DNA from: an uncultured Acidimicrobiia bacterium
GTDB taxonomy: Bacteria; Acidobacteriota; Terriglobia; Versatilivoradales; Versatilivoraceae
Length of the DNA: 64,000 nt
Direction: 5' to 3'
Assembly (NCBI GenBank): GCA_963786955.1
Contig: CAWBAT010000009.1
Coordinates: 256,001-320,000, forward strand
The notes beneath the pieces were generated by a model. That model was not told where the DNA came from. It did not search any database and saw nothing but the letters and a program-made list of their open reading frames with translations. This document shows positions 50,041-61,600 of this stretch, piece after piece. Every line of letters starts with the position of its first letter. Position 1 is the first letter of the stretch. The position numbers were made by a program, and so were the translations under genes.

Positions 50041-53000
50041 CTAGAACTCCAGGCGGAGCTGAAAAGCGATCATGCGTGGGGAGCTGTCGCCGCCGAGGCC
50101 GACACCCAGCAACCCAGTCGGCGGCGCCGTTGTATAGGTGAGCGCTCCAAATCCAGTTTGGGTGGACCGATTCCCCGGGACACCGGCGTACCCAAGAACG
50201 GGTAGACCAAAATTGGCGTGATTCAAAACATTGAAAAACTGCACGTCGAAGCGCAACCTGGTGCGCTCTTTTACTGTAAACCACTTCGTTAGATAGAAAT
50301 CGCTTGTGACAAAGCCAGGGCCGCGCAGTGCGTTCCGACCCAGATTGCCAAACTGGCAGTTCTCTGGCGTGTCGCCCCCCACACAAGCGCCGGTGCTGGG
50401 ATCAATGGCTGAAACGAAAGCGTCTGGATTCAGCCACTGGACTGTCCCAGGTTGCGTCACTCCCGCAATATCTTGATGAGTATAAATCGGAACGCCCGGA
50501 ACAACACTGGCGTACTGGGGGCCACTGCCTTGGACAATCCCGTTTCCATTAGCGGTGTAGGGAGCGCTTAGAACTGAAAAAGGAATCCCGCTGCGTCGAA
50601 AAACGGAACCCGATACCTGCCAACCGTTAGCCACGGCGCCCAGGACGTGGTTTCGCAATCTAACGGGTAACTCATAAACGTATTGTAGCGTGAAGTTGTG
50701 ACGGACATCATAGTCGCAAGGACCGTATTGGCGGCCAAGTAGGCCAGGCAGAGGCGACAGGATGCCTCCCGCGGAAAATGGAAGGAATCCTCCATTCGAG
50801 ACGGTGTCCAGGCAGTGGCTCCAAGTGTAGTTTGCCTGCACCTGGAGTCCATGGGATAGCCGTTTGTCGGCCGTTAACTGTAAACCGTTGTAGTGGCTGT
50901 TTGCCCCCGTATTGAGCTGTGTCACCTCCCCAAAGCGAGGGTCCATAGACTTGCCGTAAGGAAACGGCGCAAAGCAGCCCTCACACACCGTCTGATAACC
51001 GTTCACCTGGGTTTGGTAGGGCTGGTTCACCGCGCGCGTACCGACATACTGCGCCCGCAAATTGATTGTCGAGCCGATCTGATGTTCCACACCAAGACTC
51101 CATTGCATGTTATAGGGCGCCCGTAATGTGCCATCCGGAACCGCCGTGATGGATATCGGTTGAAGACAAGTAAGGGGGTTGGCAAGCGGGGATGCGCAGG
51201 AGAGTTGGCCTTGTGCAAAGCCAGACGTGAAAGTCTGGTTGGCGACGACGGTTGCATCCACCGCGCTATCCGGGACTCCTGGAGCGATCGCGGACCCGCC
51301 CACGTTTCCCAGGAGACCACCCTCAAAGGTTCTGGAATAGGGAGGATTCGCGCCCACCAGGTCCACCACGCTTCCGGGCAGAATGTCGCTGAACAGCCCA
51401 AACCCAGTCCGTAACACCGTCCTTGGCGCCACTTGCCATGCAATGGCCATTCTCGGTTGGAGGATGACGAAGGGTGTCGCTGCGAAAACCGTAGCCAAAT
51501 TGGTATCAATCGCTTCGTTGAGGGGCTGGTTGACGTCATGGGAAATGGAATCGAAAGAGCCGGGAAGGCGTGCCACGGCATTGTGCGGATTGATCGGGTT
51601 GGAGTTGTGGGTTGCGCGAATTCCAAATGTCCAAGTCAAGGCTCGGGTCACCTTCCAGGTGTCCTGCGCATAGAGGTCCAAGTTGAGGAAGTTGTAGGGC
51701 TGGGAATCGGCCAAAGGGAAGGTTTTCGAGGCGGTGGACGCGACTCCGTAAATGAATTGTGGCAGGGTCGTATAGTGGACCGATGGAACCGCTCCTTGCC
51801 CAAAGTCATAGTCATTCAGACGGAGGATCCTGGTGTTCGTTCCAAACCGCAGTTCGTGCGCACCGACACTCCACGCTAAATTGTCATTGATAAAAAATCG
51901 AGTGGCTCGCCTGCCCTGCACCCAAGTATTGTTGAGTCCTCCAATGGTTGTAAACGGCGCATTCGCGCCGCTGCCCTGGAGCACGATGGGGAAAGCGTCC
52001 AGAGTCTTTTGAAAATCACTTGGACCGAATAGGCTTTCGTACCAGGAAAAGGCAGGATTGAAGTAGTTCACCAGCCTTGGCGAAAACACATGGGTATAGC
52101 CAGATGCAAACGAGTAGAGGGGTTGGGGAGATATGGCGTTAAAGAGCGGATTGAGAGGGTCTGTGTAGGCAGCCTGCAGCCCGCCGTCATGCTGAAAACG
52201 GAACCAGACGGTGTCGTTCTCATTGAGATTGTAGTCGAAGCGGACGGTCTGGACCTGCTCGGAATCGGAGCTGGATTGTGAGATGCTCTGGCGATTGGCA
52301 CAGCCATCCCCACTCGGTGGGTTGCCGCTTGCCGGGTTGCCGTTGCTGTTGAACGGACACCCCAGAACAGTGAGCGGACTTCCTTCCGTGCTCTTGTAGA
52401 GCCCAAACATCTTCTGATAAAGCGGAACCGATTGCGGCGAGGGCTGATACGTTGATCCTGTGACGGAGTCCGTGCCGCCCTGCCGGAGTTGCTGCAAAAC
52501 GTAATTCTGGAACGCCGGAGTAGGAACCGTCGTGGCCGAGACGATGGGAAGTGCAATACGAACCCACTCAGCATCAAAGAAAAAGAAGAGCTTGTTGGAC
52601 TTGATCGGTCCTCCCAGGCTCCCTCCAAAGTGGTTCACCGTTGAACGCGGCTTGTGACCGCCAGGTGTTGAGTTGGTGAAGAAGTTTGCGGCATTGAACC
52701 TTGAACCATTCCAAAGCTCATAAAGGTTTCCATGAAACTGATTCGTGCCGGATTTGGTCACATAGTTCACCTGGGAAGCACCGTAGCGCCCCTGGTCCAC
52801 CGCATACGAAAGCGTGTTTACCGTCATCTCTGCAATGGAATTCAAGCCAAGAACGAGGTTCGTGGAAAGACCGCTATTCAGATTAGTGAGTGGGTCGTTC
52901 GTCTCCAATCCGTCGACGATATAGCCATTCGACAGCGAAGACAGGCCATTGAACTGCACATTCCCATAACCGTTTGTACCTCCGACGAAATCATTCCCGC

Positions 53001-53538
53001 TCCCCGCCGTATTCATCAACGCCCCAGGAGCGAACTGAATGGGATAGGTCATATCTCCCCCAGGGTTCGGAAGGCTTTCGATCAAACGGGCATTGAGGGT
53101 CGTGGAGGTATTCGGGTTCTGCGGGTTGATGAGCGTTGCGTCTTCCGTCACCGTGACCTCGTGGTTCGCCGTTGCAATCTTCAGCGTAAAATCGACCGCT
53201 TGCTTTTGGCCGAGACCCGCCAGAACCGAATCATTCGCCTGAGATTCAAACAGCAGCTTCTCCACCTTCACCGAATACGGACCGGGCTTCAGTTGTGGGA
53301 AGTTAAATCGACCTGCCTCGTCCGTTTTCACGGAACGCTTGAGGCCATTATCCGTGCTGGTAATCGTCACCGTGGCCCCGGCAATCGCGTCACCACTCGG
53401 ATCGCTTACCGAACCTACGATGGCACTGGTTGTTTCACCCTGTCCCCAAAGCAAATCAGGGGACAAGGCTGAAATAGCCAACACAACCCCTATTAGTATT
53501 TGCCACGACAGGGGAGGCCCCTTCAGTACCAATTTCAT
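50041..53538 (-). CDS. TonB-dependent receptor (Oar-like, carboxypeptidase-regulatory N-domain)
   Basis: GSVSDPSG, VTKSGTNQFHG, YAQDTWKV, FGNLGRNALRGPG, PRMIAFQLRLEF. Confidence 0.92.
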   Translation of the reverse strand: MKLVLKGPPLSWQILIGVVLAISALSPDLLWGQGETTSAIVGSVSDPSGDAIAGATVTITSTDNGLKRSVKTDEAGRFNFPQLKPGPYSVKVEKLLFESQANDSVLAGLGQKQAVDFTLKIATANHEVTVTEDATLINPQNPNTSTTLNARLIESLPNPGGDMTYPIQFAPGALMNTAGSGNDFVGGTNGYGNVQFNGLSSLSNGYIVDGLETNDPLTNLNSGLSTNLVLGLNSIAEMTVNTLSYAVDQGRYGASQVNYVTKSGTNQFHGNLYELWNGSRFNAANFFTNSTPGGHKPRSTVNHFGGSLGGPIKSNKLFFFFDAEWVRIALPIVSATTVPTPAFQNYVLQQLRQGGTDSVTGSTYQPSPQSVPLYQKMFGLYKSTEGSPLTVLGCPFNSNGNPASGNPPSGDGCANRQSISQSSSDSEQVQTVRFDYNLNENDTVWFRFQHDGGLQAAYTDPLNPLFNAISPQPLYSFASGYTHVFSPRLVNYFNPAFSWYESLFGPSDFQKTLDAFPIVLQGSGANAPFTTIGGLNNTWVQGRRATRFFINDNLAWSVGAHELRFGTNTRILRLNDYDFGQGAVPSVHYTTLPQFIYGVASTASKTFPLADSQPYNFLNLDLYAQDTWKVTRALTWTFGIRATHNSNPINPHNAVARLPGSFDSISHDVNQPLNEAIDTNLATVFAATPFVILQPRMAIAWQVAPRTVLRTGFGLFSDILPGSVVDLVGANPPYSRTFEGGLLGNVGGSAIAPGVPDSAVDATVVANQTFTSGFAQGQLSCASPLANPLTCLQPISITAVPDGTLRAPYNMQWSLGVEHQIGSTINLRAQYVGTRAVNQPYQTQVNGYQTVCEGCFAPFPYGKSMDPRFGEVTQLNTGANSHYNGLQLTADKRLSHGLQVQANYTWSHCLDTVSNGGFLPFSAGGILSPLPGLLGRQYGPCDYDVRHNFTLQYVYELPVRLRNHVLGAVANGWQVSGSVFRRSGIPFSVLSAPYTANGNGIVQGSGPQYASVVPGVPIYTHQDIAGVTQPGTVQWLNPDAFVSAIDPSTGACVGGDTPENCQFGNLGRNALRGPGFVTSDFYLTKWFTVKERTRLRFDVQFFNVLNHANFGLPVLGYAGVPGNRSTQTGFGALTYTTAPPTGLLGVGLGGDSSPRMIAFQLRLEF

Positions 53539-53577
53539 TTCTCTTCTCCGCGCGGTGTTGGCATGTCGTAATAAATA

Positions 53578-53593
53578 TTTAGATAAATCTAAA
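53578..53593. promoter_or_regulatory. Palindromic operator (DtxR/MntR-like) in the receptor promoter
   Basis: TTTAGAT-AA-ATCTAAA lying between minus-strand TTGACT and TAAATA. Confidence 0.6.
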
Positions 53594-53827
53594 ATAAAGT
53601 CAAATACTATTTAATTATTTTGCATGATCCCGCGTTCAACGCTTTTGATGCCATGGGTGTCGGTTCTGTTCGAAATGGACTAGGGCCCAGACTTTTCATT
53701 AAACAAACCCTATGAGGAGAGAGCTGATGCCTCTTGGGGTATCGAAGAGTTCGAGGACCGAAGACTAATTTAGGGAATGGATCGGGTTTGCTGGCCTCAC
53801 TGCAGGGGACTATTACTCATTTTTTTA

Positions 53828-53870
53828 TTGTCATGGAAAAATTATTCGATTATTCTAAAATATATTTAGA
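53828..53870 (+). promoter_or_regulatory. mntR promoter with a related operator
   Basis: TTGTCA-N17-TATTCT overlapped by ATTCGATTATTCTAAA and followed by a TTTAGA half-site. Confidence 0.55.
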
Positions 53871-53897
53871 GCATGTTCGCATGCTCAGGGAGGAACT

Positions 53898-54707
53898 GTG
53901 ATCTCCAGCACCGTGGAAGATTACCTGAAAGCATTGCTGAAGATGGAGGACAGCGATGTAAAGGCCAGCACATCCAATGTGGCCCGACGTCTGTCGGTGA
54001 CGGATGCTTCGGTGACCGACATGCTCCGGAAATTGCAGAAGGCCGGCCTGCTCGCCTATAAACCGTACTATGGCGCTGCGCTGACAACCGAAGGACGCCT
54101 GCAAGCGTTGAGAATCATCCGGCGACACCGGTTAATCGAGTTGTTTCTTCATCAGATCATGGGCTATGGCTGGGACCAGGTCCACGAGGAAGCCGAAAAG
54201 CTGGAACACGTAGTTTCCGACTTCTTTGTTGACCGTGCCGATGCCCTGCTGGGCTATCCCGAAAAAGATCCTCACGGCGAAATCATTCCCGACGCTCACG
54301 GCTTTCGAAACCTTGAAGAAGAAGTCTGTCTGGCCATTGCGGAACTCGGGGATTACACTATCCGGAAAATCACTAATGACAACCCGGATTTCTTGAACTA
54401 TCTGGAGAAGGAATCGCTGGTCCCGGGGACATCTATTACTCTGCTTGAAAAAGCACCCTTTCAAGGTCCCCTGAAACTGATGCTCTCCGGTAGGACTACA
54501 CCTCATTACATTGGGCTCGAAGCGGCGAAGAATATTTTCGTTTCTGCCGATAGACCCGGTGGGAGTCCGAAACGATTGGCGGCCCGTGGGCCCGATCGTG
54601 CGCTTGGACCCTTATCGAAGCGTTTCCTATCGGGATCTCCTGGCCCGGAGCAAAACACGCCCGAAATTCATCCAAGAAGGGGCAAGAGAAAAAGGGGGGC
54701 CCGTTAA
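53898..54707 (+). CDS. mntR: DtxR/MntR family metal-dependent regulator with FeoA domain
   Basis: EDYLKA, SVTDM, RRHRLIELFL, VHEEAEKLEH, DPHG. Confidence 0.9.
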   Translation: MISSTVEDYLKALLKMEDSDVKASTSNVARRLSVTDASVTDMLRKLQKAGLLAYKPYYGAALTTEGRLQALRIIRRHRLIELFLHQIMGYGWDQVHEEAEKLEHVVSDFFVDRADALLGYPEKDPHGEIIPDAHGFRNLEEEVCLAIAELGDYTIRKITNDNPDFLNYLEKESLVPGTSITLLEKAPFQGPLKLMLSGRTTPHYIGLEAAKNIFVSADRPGGSPKRLAARGPDRALGPLSKRFLSGSPGPEQNTPEIHPRRGKRKRGAR

Positions 54708-54849
54708 ACGGGGAGTCACCAGGCTCATTGAGATCGATGGAGTAGATCCTTGAACCATCGTAACTGGACTGGTGGATGCACGACTCAAAACAACAAACTC
54801 TCGAGCCCCCGAGAGAACAACTTCTGAATATGTTTAGGGCATTTGCAAA

Positions 54850-55722
54850 ATGAGACCCTCTGCTCTCTGGTTAGATAACATTAGAACATGGTTAAAAGTC
54901 CCTCTTTTGAAACTCGGGGATTCATCCATTACGCTATGGAATATCCTGACATTATTCATTCTGCTTTTTCTGATCCTCTTCATTGCCGGGAAAATTCGTT
55001 CCTGGCTCGTCAATCATCTACTTTCGAGGACCAAGCTAGATCATGGCGGCCGGCAGGCGGTCGGAGCAATCACACGCTATGTGATCATTTTCATCGGGTT
55101 TCTTGTCATTCTGCAGACGATGAAGATCAATCTCACCACGCTGAATGTGATCGCCGGTACGCTAGGAATAGGAATTGGGTTCGGACTGCAAAATGTGGCC
55201 AGCAACTTTATCAGTGGATTGATCATCCTGTTGGAGCGCCCCATCAAAATTGGAGACCGGATTGAAGTCGGGAAGATCGAAGGCGATGTCATCGAAATCG
55301 GAGCACGGAGTACAACCGTCGTCACAAACGACAATATTGCCATCATTGTTCCGAATTCCAAATTTATCACCGAAAATGTAGTGAATTGGATGTACACCGG
55401 CGCCAGGGTCCGCTTCCGAGTTCCTATCATTGTAGCTTATGGGAGTGATGTTCGACTCGTGGAAAAGTTGCTCCTGGAGGTCGCGCAGGAAAACCCGGAT
55501 GTCCTGCTCGACCCGCTGCCCGTCGTGCGTTTTTTAGAATTTGGCGACAATGGAATGCTTTTTGAATTGCGCCCCTGGAGCACCAGCCTCGTCCATCGCA
55601 AAGGGAAGTTGATTAGCTCCATTAATTTCGCTATTCACGACAAATTCAAAGAGCATCACATCGAAACTCCCTTTCCGCAGCGGGTCCTCCACATCCGGCG
55701 GGATGCCAATGAATCTTTCTAA
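54850..55722 (+). CDS. mscS: Small-conductance mechanosensitive channel family protein
   Basis: [39 protein letters not shown]. Confidence 0.9.
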   Translation: MRPSALWLDNIRTWLKVPLLKLGDSSITLWNILTLFILLFLILFIAGKIRSWLVNHLLSRTKLDHGGRQAVGAITRYVIIFIGFLVILQTMKINLTTLNVIAGTLGIGIGFGLQNVASNFISGLIILLERPIKIGDRIEVGKIEGDVIEIGARSTTVVTNDNIAIIVPNSKFITENVVNWMYTGARVRFRVPIIVAYGSDVRLVEKLLLEVAQENPDVLLDPLPVVRFLEFGDNGMLFELRPWSTSLVHRKGKLISSINFAIHDKFKEHHIETPFPQRVLHIRRDANESF

Positions 55723-57074
55723 ACAGCCTAATTCTAATCCCGATCCATCGCTCGGAGGGCGCCTTGCGCAAGGGACACCCAGCCTACCCGAGGTCTATCG
55801 AAGCATCGAAGTTCCACATACCTTGGGTGTATGGCGGAAGATGCTGATTTTCGCGGGTCCGGGCTATATGGTCGCCGTCGGCTATATGGATCCTGGGAAT
55901 TGGGCGACTGACCTGGCGGCCGGAGCCCGTTTTAACTATGACTCTGCTCTCGGTGGTTCTGATCTCGAATGTGATGGCCATTTTGCTGCAAGCGCTGGCA
56001 GTTAAGCTCGGCGTCGTCACAGGACGCGACCTGGCGCAGGCCTGCCGCGACTATTACAGCCGCCCCGTGGCCATCTTCTTATGGGTGTTATGCGAGATTG
56101 CCATCGCAGCCTGTGACTTGGCGGAAGTGATTGGTTCAGCCATTGCATTGAATCTGCTGTTCCATGTGCCGATGCTCTGGGGAGTCTCACTTACGGCGCT
56201 GGATGTGCTCGCCGTTCTCTACCTGCAGCAGAAAGGATTCCGCTACATCGAGGCCTTTGTTATTGCGTTGATCGGGGTGATCGCGACTTGTTTTGCCGTG
56301 GAAATCTTCTTCTCAGGCCCGAGCTTACCTGGCATCTTGCGAGGCTTTGTCCCTTCCACCGAAATCCTCCGGAATCCGGGAATGCTCTATATTGCCATTG
56401 GAATTCTGGGGGCCACTGTGATGCCACACAATCTCTACCTCCATTCTTCGATCGTGCAGACCAGAAATTATGCCCCTACGATCAAAGGGCAGCGTGAAGC
56501 CATCCGTTACGCCACGCTGGACTCTACGGTGGCCCTCATGTTTGCGCTCTTCATCAACGCTTCCATCCTCATCATGTCAGCGGCAGCTTTTCACCATACC
56601 GGCCATCAGGATGTGGCCGGGATTGAAGATGCTTATCAGTTGCTTTCTCCCTTGCTGGGAAACGTCCTGGCAAGTATCCTGTTTGCGGTGGCGTTGCTAT
56701 GCTCCGGCCAAAATTCAACATTGACGGGAACTCTGGCCGGGCAAATTGTGATGGAAGGGTTTCTCAATATCCGTCTTCGCCCCTGGCTGCGGCGCCTCAT
56801 TACACGCTTGTTGGCCATCGTACCCGCAATTGTCTGCATTGCTCTGTATGGCTCGCAAGGAATGACGCAGCTCTTGATTTTTAGCCAGGTGATCCTGAGT
56901 TTGCAGCTTTCTTTTGCTGTCTTCCCGCTTGTCCAATTCACCAGCGACCGCACCAAGATGCATGAATTTGTAAACCCGATCTGGCTAAAATTACTTTCGT
57001 GGGGAGTAGCGATAGTCATTGCCGTACTGAATGGATGGCTCTTGATTCAGACGGTGAGAGAATGGGCAAATTAA
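55703..57074 (+). CDS. mntH: Nramp divalent metal transporter, split by one extra base near 55940
   Basis: [11 protein letters not shown] in ORF 55703; [13 protein letters not shown] and [13 protein letters not shown] in ORF 55938; removing G55940 gives FNYTLLSV. Confidence 0.9.
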
Positions 57075-57114
57075 GTCTGAAGGAATCGAGCGCCGCTTCG
57101 AGTGATTCGGTAAA

Positions 57115-57540
57115 ATGTATCATAAAATTCTCATTACTGTAGAGAACTCACCAAACGACCAGGTGATCCTCAAACATGTCCAAGACCTGGTGGCCTTGAC
57201 GGGCGCGCAACTTCTTTTGGTTTATGTCGCGCATGGCTGGGCCGCCAGGCATTATGATCGCTTGAGGCTTCGCGAGTCAGACGAAATGCGGGATTGTCGG
57301 ATGTATTTGAGCCGCCTCTGCTCGGAGCTAAAAGAAAAAGGGGCAAAGGCCGATTATGTGCTGGCTTATGGAGAGCCCTCCGATGAGATCATCCGCATCG
57401 CCCGGGAGCAAGATGTCGACTTGATCGCCATGACCACTCATGGCCACCGCTTTATCTCCGATCTGCTTTACGGGAGTGTTTCCCATGAAGTGCGGCACGC
57501 CGTGGACATTCCTGTCCTTCTCCTCAGAGCCAAAAAATAG
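57115..57540 (+). CDS. Universal stress protein
   Basis: MYHKIL, GEPSDEI, DLIAMTTHGH, GSVS..VRH...PVLL. Confidence 0.92.
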   Translation: MYHKILITVENSPNDQVILKHVQDLVALTGAQLLLVYVAHGWAARHYDRLRLRESDEMRDCRMYLSRLCSELKEKGAKADYVLAYGEPSDEIIRIAREQDVDLIAMTTHGHRFISDLLYGSVSHEVRHAVDIPVLLLRAKK

Positions 57541-57655
57541 AAATACTTTGGTGATTATCCAAAAACCTGTAAAATTTCAAAAGGTGGAGCAGTCCTAACG
57601 CCTGAGCACTGAGCACGTTCATCTGTGACCCGAAGTGTTTTGGGGAGTTACGTAG

Positions 57656-58657
57656 GTGTCGCAACCGATGGTCAAGGTACGATTTTGGTTTCTGGTTTTC
57701 TTTTTGGTGGCTTTTGCCTGGGAGCCCAGGCAAATTTCCGCCGGGCCCAAGCACGTCGATACAGATCATATTGGGCAGCGAAACATTAATGCAGGTCAAA
57801 TCAATCTCTATTCGATTGATAAAGAGATTGCCATAGGCAAGCAACTGTCCCTGGAGGTCGAGCAATCCAGTCGTATTTTAGACGACCCTGAGGTGACGGA
57901 ATATATCAATCGGTTGGGGCAGAACATCGTCCGGAATTCCGATTCCCAAGTGCCCTTTTTGATCAAGGTCATCGACTCCGATGAGGTGAATGCTTTTGCA
58001 TTGCCCGGCGGTTTCTTTTATGTCAATACGGGATTAATTCTGGCGGCCCAGGAAGAGTCGGAACTCGCTGGGGTCATGGCGCACGAAATCGCCCATGTCG
58101 CGGCTCGTCATGCCACGGAACAATTCTCCAAAGGGCGACTATTTAACCTTGCCTCGATTCCCTTAGTCTTTGTCGGCGGTCCGATTGGGTTTGGAATCCA
58201 GCAAGCCATGAGCCTGTTAGTCCCTCTACAGTTTTTGCAATTCAGCCGGGGTTCCGAACGGGAAGCGGATTTCTTGGGGCTTCAGTACATGTACAAGACC
58301 GGGTACGATCCGCTGTCGTTTGTTTCTTTTTTTGAAAAAGTATCTGCCCAGGAAAAGAAGAAGCCGGGACTATTATCTCGAGCTTTTTCGACACATCCCA
58401 TGACCAAAGACCGGATTTCTCTGGCGCAGAAAGAGATCCAGGAGCTTCTACCGGTTCACGAGCAATATGTGTTAAGCACCTCAGAATTCGATCATGTTAA
58501 GGCTCATTTACGCGAACATAACAACTCACGTAACGACGTGAGTGAGGGTTCTGACAGTCGCCCAAAACTGAAAAGAAAGGCGCAGACTTCGGAAGAGACC
58601 AGTGAGGGAGAACAACCCCCAGCTGACGACGTTCCGAAGTTGACCCGGCACCCATGA
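57656..58657 (+). CDS. M48 family (BepA-like) metalloprotease
   Basis: NAFALPGG, HEIAH, EREAD, STHP. Confidence 0.92.
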   Translation: MSQPMVKVRFWFLVFFLVAFAWEPRQISAGPKHVDTDHIGQRNINAGQINLYSIDKEIAIGKQLSLEVEQSSRILDDPEVTEYINRLGQNIVRNSDSQVPFLIKVIDSDEVNAFALPGGFFYVNTGLILAAQEESELAGVMAHEIAHVAARHATEQFSKGRLFNLASIPLVFVGGPIGFGIQQAMSLLVPLQFLQFSRGSEREADFLGLQYMYKTGYDPLSFVSFFEKVSAQEKKKPGLLSRAFSTHPMTKDRISLAQKEIQELLPVHEQYVLSTSEFDHVKAHLREHNNSRNDVSEGSDSRPKLKRKAQTSEETSEGEQPPADDVPKLTRHP

Positions 58658-61600
58658 TTTGTCGATTGCTGCTGTTTTGCCTGCTGTGGCCTGTAATCAC
58701 TTCCTCCCTTCAGGCCCGCCCTCCTCAACCTCTACAACAAAAAGGACATTCCTTTTGTGGCACTTACCCGGATCGTCTTGAGCACGACCTGCGGAAATAC
58801 AAAGATTTGCGTCTATTGCGGACGGCCCGTTCCAAGCGGATGGCTTTGGCTACTGTCGGTGGCTCAATGGAGGACATCGATAATATCGCAGTCATCGAAG
58901 ATGACGGTACGATTGTGACTCCTTTCAATTTCTTTGACTTAAAGGGGAAAGCTGTACGGTTCACTCCTGTGGCCGCAGCGGGAAGCTACCGTGTGTCCAT
59001 TCGCCAGGCAGATCTCAATCCGGATTTTGGCAACAAGCTGAGCTTAATCGATGACGATACCCGAGAGTTTGTTTTCAGTGGAACGTTGCACTTCCCTTAT
59101 TTCGGAGTCATTTACTCAAGTGTTTTTATAAGTTCAGATGGGAATGTAACCTTCTTTCGAGGAGACTCCGATTTTACGGAGAGGGACTTGTCGCATCTGA
59201 ATAGTGGGCCTCCCCGAATCGCTCCCCTCCTGGTAGACCTGGATCCAACCGTCGGGCAGGGCGCAGTCTTTGTAAATCAACTCCCGGACCGGGTTATGAT
59301 TACCTGGAACGCGGTCCGTGAGTGGAACACCTTTCGGGAGAACACTTTTCAACTTAGCTTGTTTCCGGATGGAAATTTTGAGTTTGTTTTTGGTCAGATT
59401 TCCGCCTCAAAGGGAATCACAGGATTCTCGGCTGGAAGTGATCTACAGCCGCTCGATATTCTGGATATCAGTAAGGAGCAAGGGGCGGTGGTCACCGGTT
59501 CTGTGGCAGAGCGGTTTTCATTGCAAACAGAATTAGACCTTACCGCAGTCAGTAAAAACTTTTATAAAACTCATTCCGATTCTTATGACCAATTGGTCAT
59601 GTACACAAACTTCTCCTGGGAACTTGGAAATAACGCCTTTGCCTTTGAACAAAATATCAAGAACGAAACTCGGGGAATTGGTTTGGGCCTCATCGATGCA
59701 AGCAGCCAGTTTGGGAGTTCCGGCAACCTTGAAAGTTTTCTGGCGATGAATCAGCTGGCCGCTTATCCGGACGACCCTGACAAGATTTTTTTGGGAACCA
59801 ATTCAGCCGTGAATTTGCTAGCCCATGAATCAGGCCACCGCTGGATGGCATACGTTCATCTGGGGCCCAACAAGCTGACAAGCCTGCTCGGGCGGGACAA
59901 TGAACATTGGAGTTTCTACTTTAATACCCAAGCTTCCGTCATGGAAGGGAACGAGATTCGAGACAACGGGGATGGGAGCTTTACAACCACGGCGGCTACG
60001 ACTCGATATAGTGCCCTGGATCAATATCTCATGGGTTTCCTGGATCCTGCCGGCTTCGAATCAATGTTTTATGTGACCAATATCTCCGGCACATTCCAAA
60101 ATGCCTCAAGTCCTCCTGCCGTCGGGGTTACATTTCGAGGAACGCGACAGAATTTCACCATTGATGACATCATTGCAGCCGAGGGCCCACGAATCCCAGA
60201 CGCCAGCCTGGCTCCAAAAATCCTACGCCAAGCATTCATTCTCGTTATTCCACAGGGCACGACGGCTCCCCAGTCTGATATTGACAAGCTTTCCCGAATC
60301 CGCCGTCGTTGGCAGCAATTTTATTTTGATGCGACGAACGGTCGAGGAACCGTCGAAACAACAATCAATGCGGTTCCGCTCATTCCTTCGATCACTGGCA
60401 TCTCTCCAACTTATGGATCGACACTGGGGAATACGGTTCTTTCGATCACGGGACTGAATTTTCAGCCGGGCCTGGCCGTCAAAATTGGAACGGCATCAGC
60501 AACTCATGTGGTTTACATCAACTCATCTCTCATCAAAGCCACGACTCCCGCCGGTCTCCCAGGGTCGGTATCTGTTTCAGTATCCAATCCGGATGGGGCG
60601 CCAGTCGTTCAGTCCAGTGCGTTCACCTACCTCACATTTGGACCACCTCGAGTCTCGTCGAATGCGCTTCGGATCCCCATTGCGATAGATAATTTGACCT
60701 ACCGCTCAAACCTGGGAGTGAACAATCCGAATTCGGGCCCTGCAAACGTTCAGGTCAAAGAATTGGATAGCAATGGATTATTATTGAGGCAATCACCTTT
60801 TTTTACTGTTCCTGCCTACGGGTACTTTCAAAAGAACAGCATTTTGAGAGAGTTGGAGGGAGTCTCGTCGATGACGGGTCGAGAAGGCTCTTTGGTTCTT
60901 GAATCGGATCAGCCTATAGAAGGTTACGTCTCTTTGATTGACAATGTCACAGATGACCCAAGCATTTTGGATGGAACGCGCTCCGGTGCAAGCCAATTGA
61001 TCCTGCTTTCTTCGGCTAACACCGGCCCATTTCAGTCGAATCTTTCCGTTGTCAATCTCTCCCCGATATCAACGAATGTGACGATTACTTCTTTGAATCG
61101 AGAGACCGGACAACCCCAAGGAGTCCCCTTAAAGAATATCGGTGTGGCCCCCTATGGCTTCGTCACCTTTCAAAATATTCTAGAAGCCCTTTCCATATCG
61201 GAAAACTTTGGCCCCATAGAAATTCACTCAGACAATGGGGCACTGCTTACGGCGACCTCGCAGGTCTCTGGAATGAATAAGGGCACCGGCGGGTTTTTTC
61301 CTTCGTTGCCCAGGAATTCGGGCTCGATGACTGAATTCATTCCATTCGTCGTCGATACGGAAACTTATCGGACGAATCTTGGGCTAAACAATTTGGGCTC
61401 GGAGGTCGCTGAAATCCAAATTAGCCTGATGGGGGAAGATGGCCATTTGATCGCCTCAAACGCTTCGCCAATTTTGGTTCCGCCCCTGGGGCTCCTGCAA
61501 ATCAACAACGTGATCCGTTCTCTGGTCAGTCAGTCCAGTGACCCAGCAAGGTCGCTGAGACAAGGATATCTCAAGATCAGTTCGAACACTCCGATCAAAG

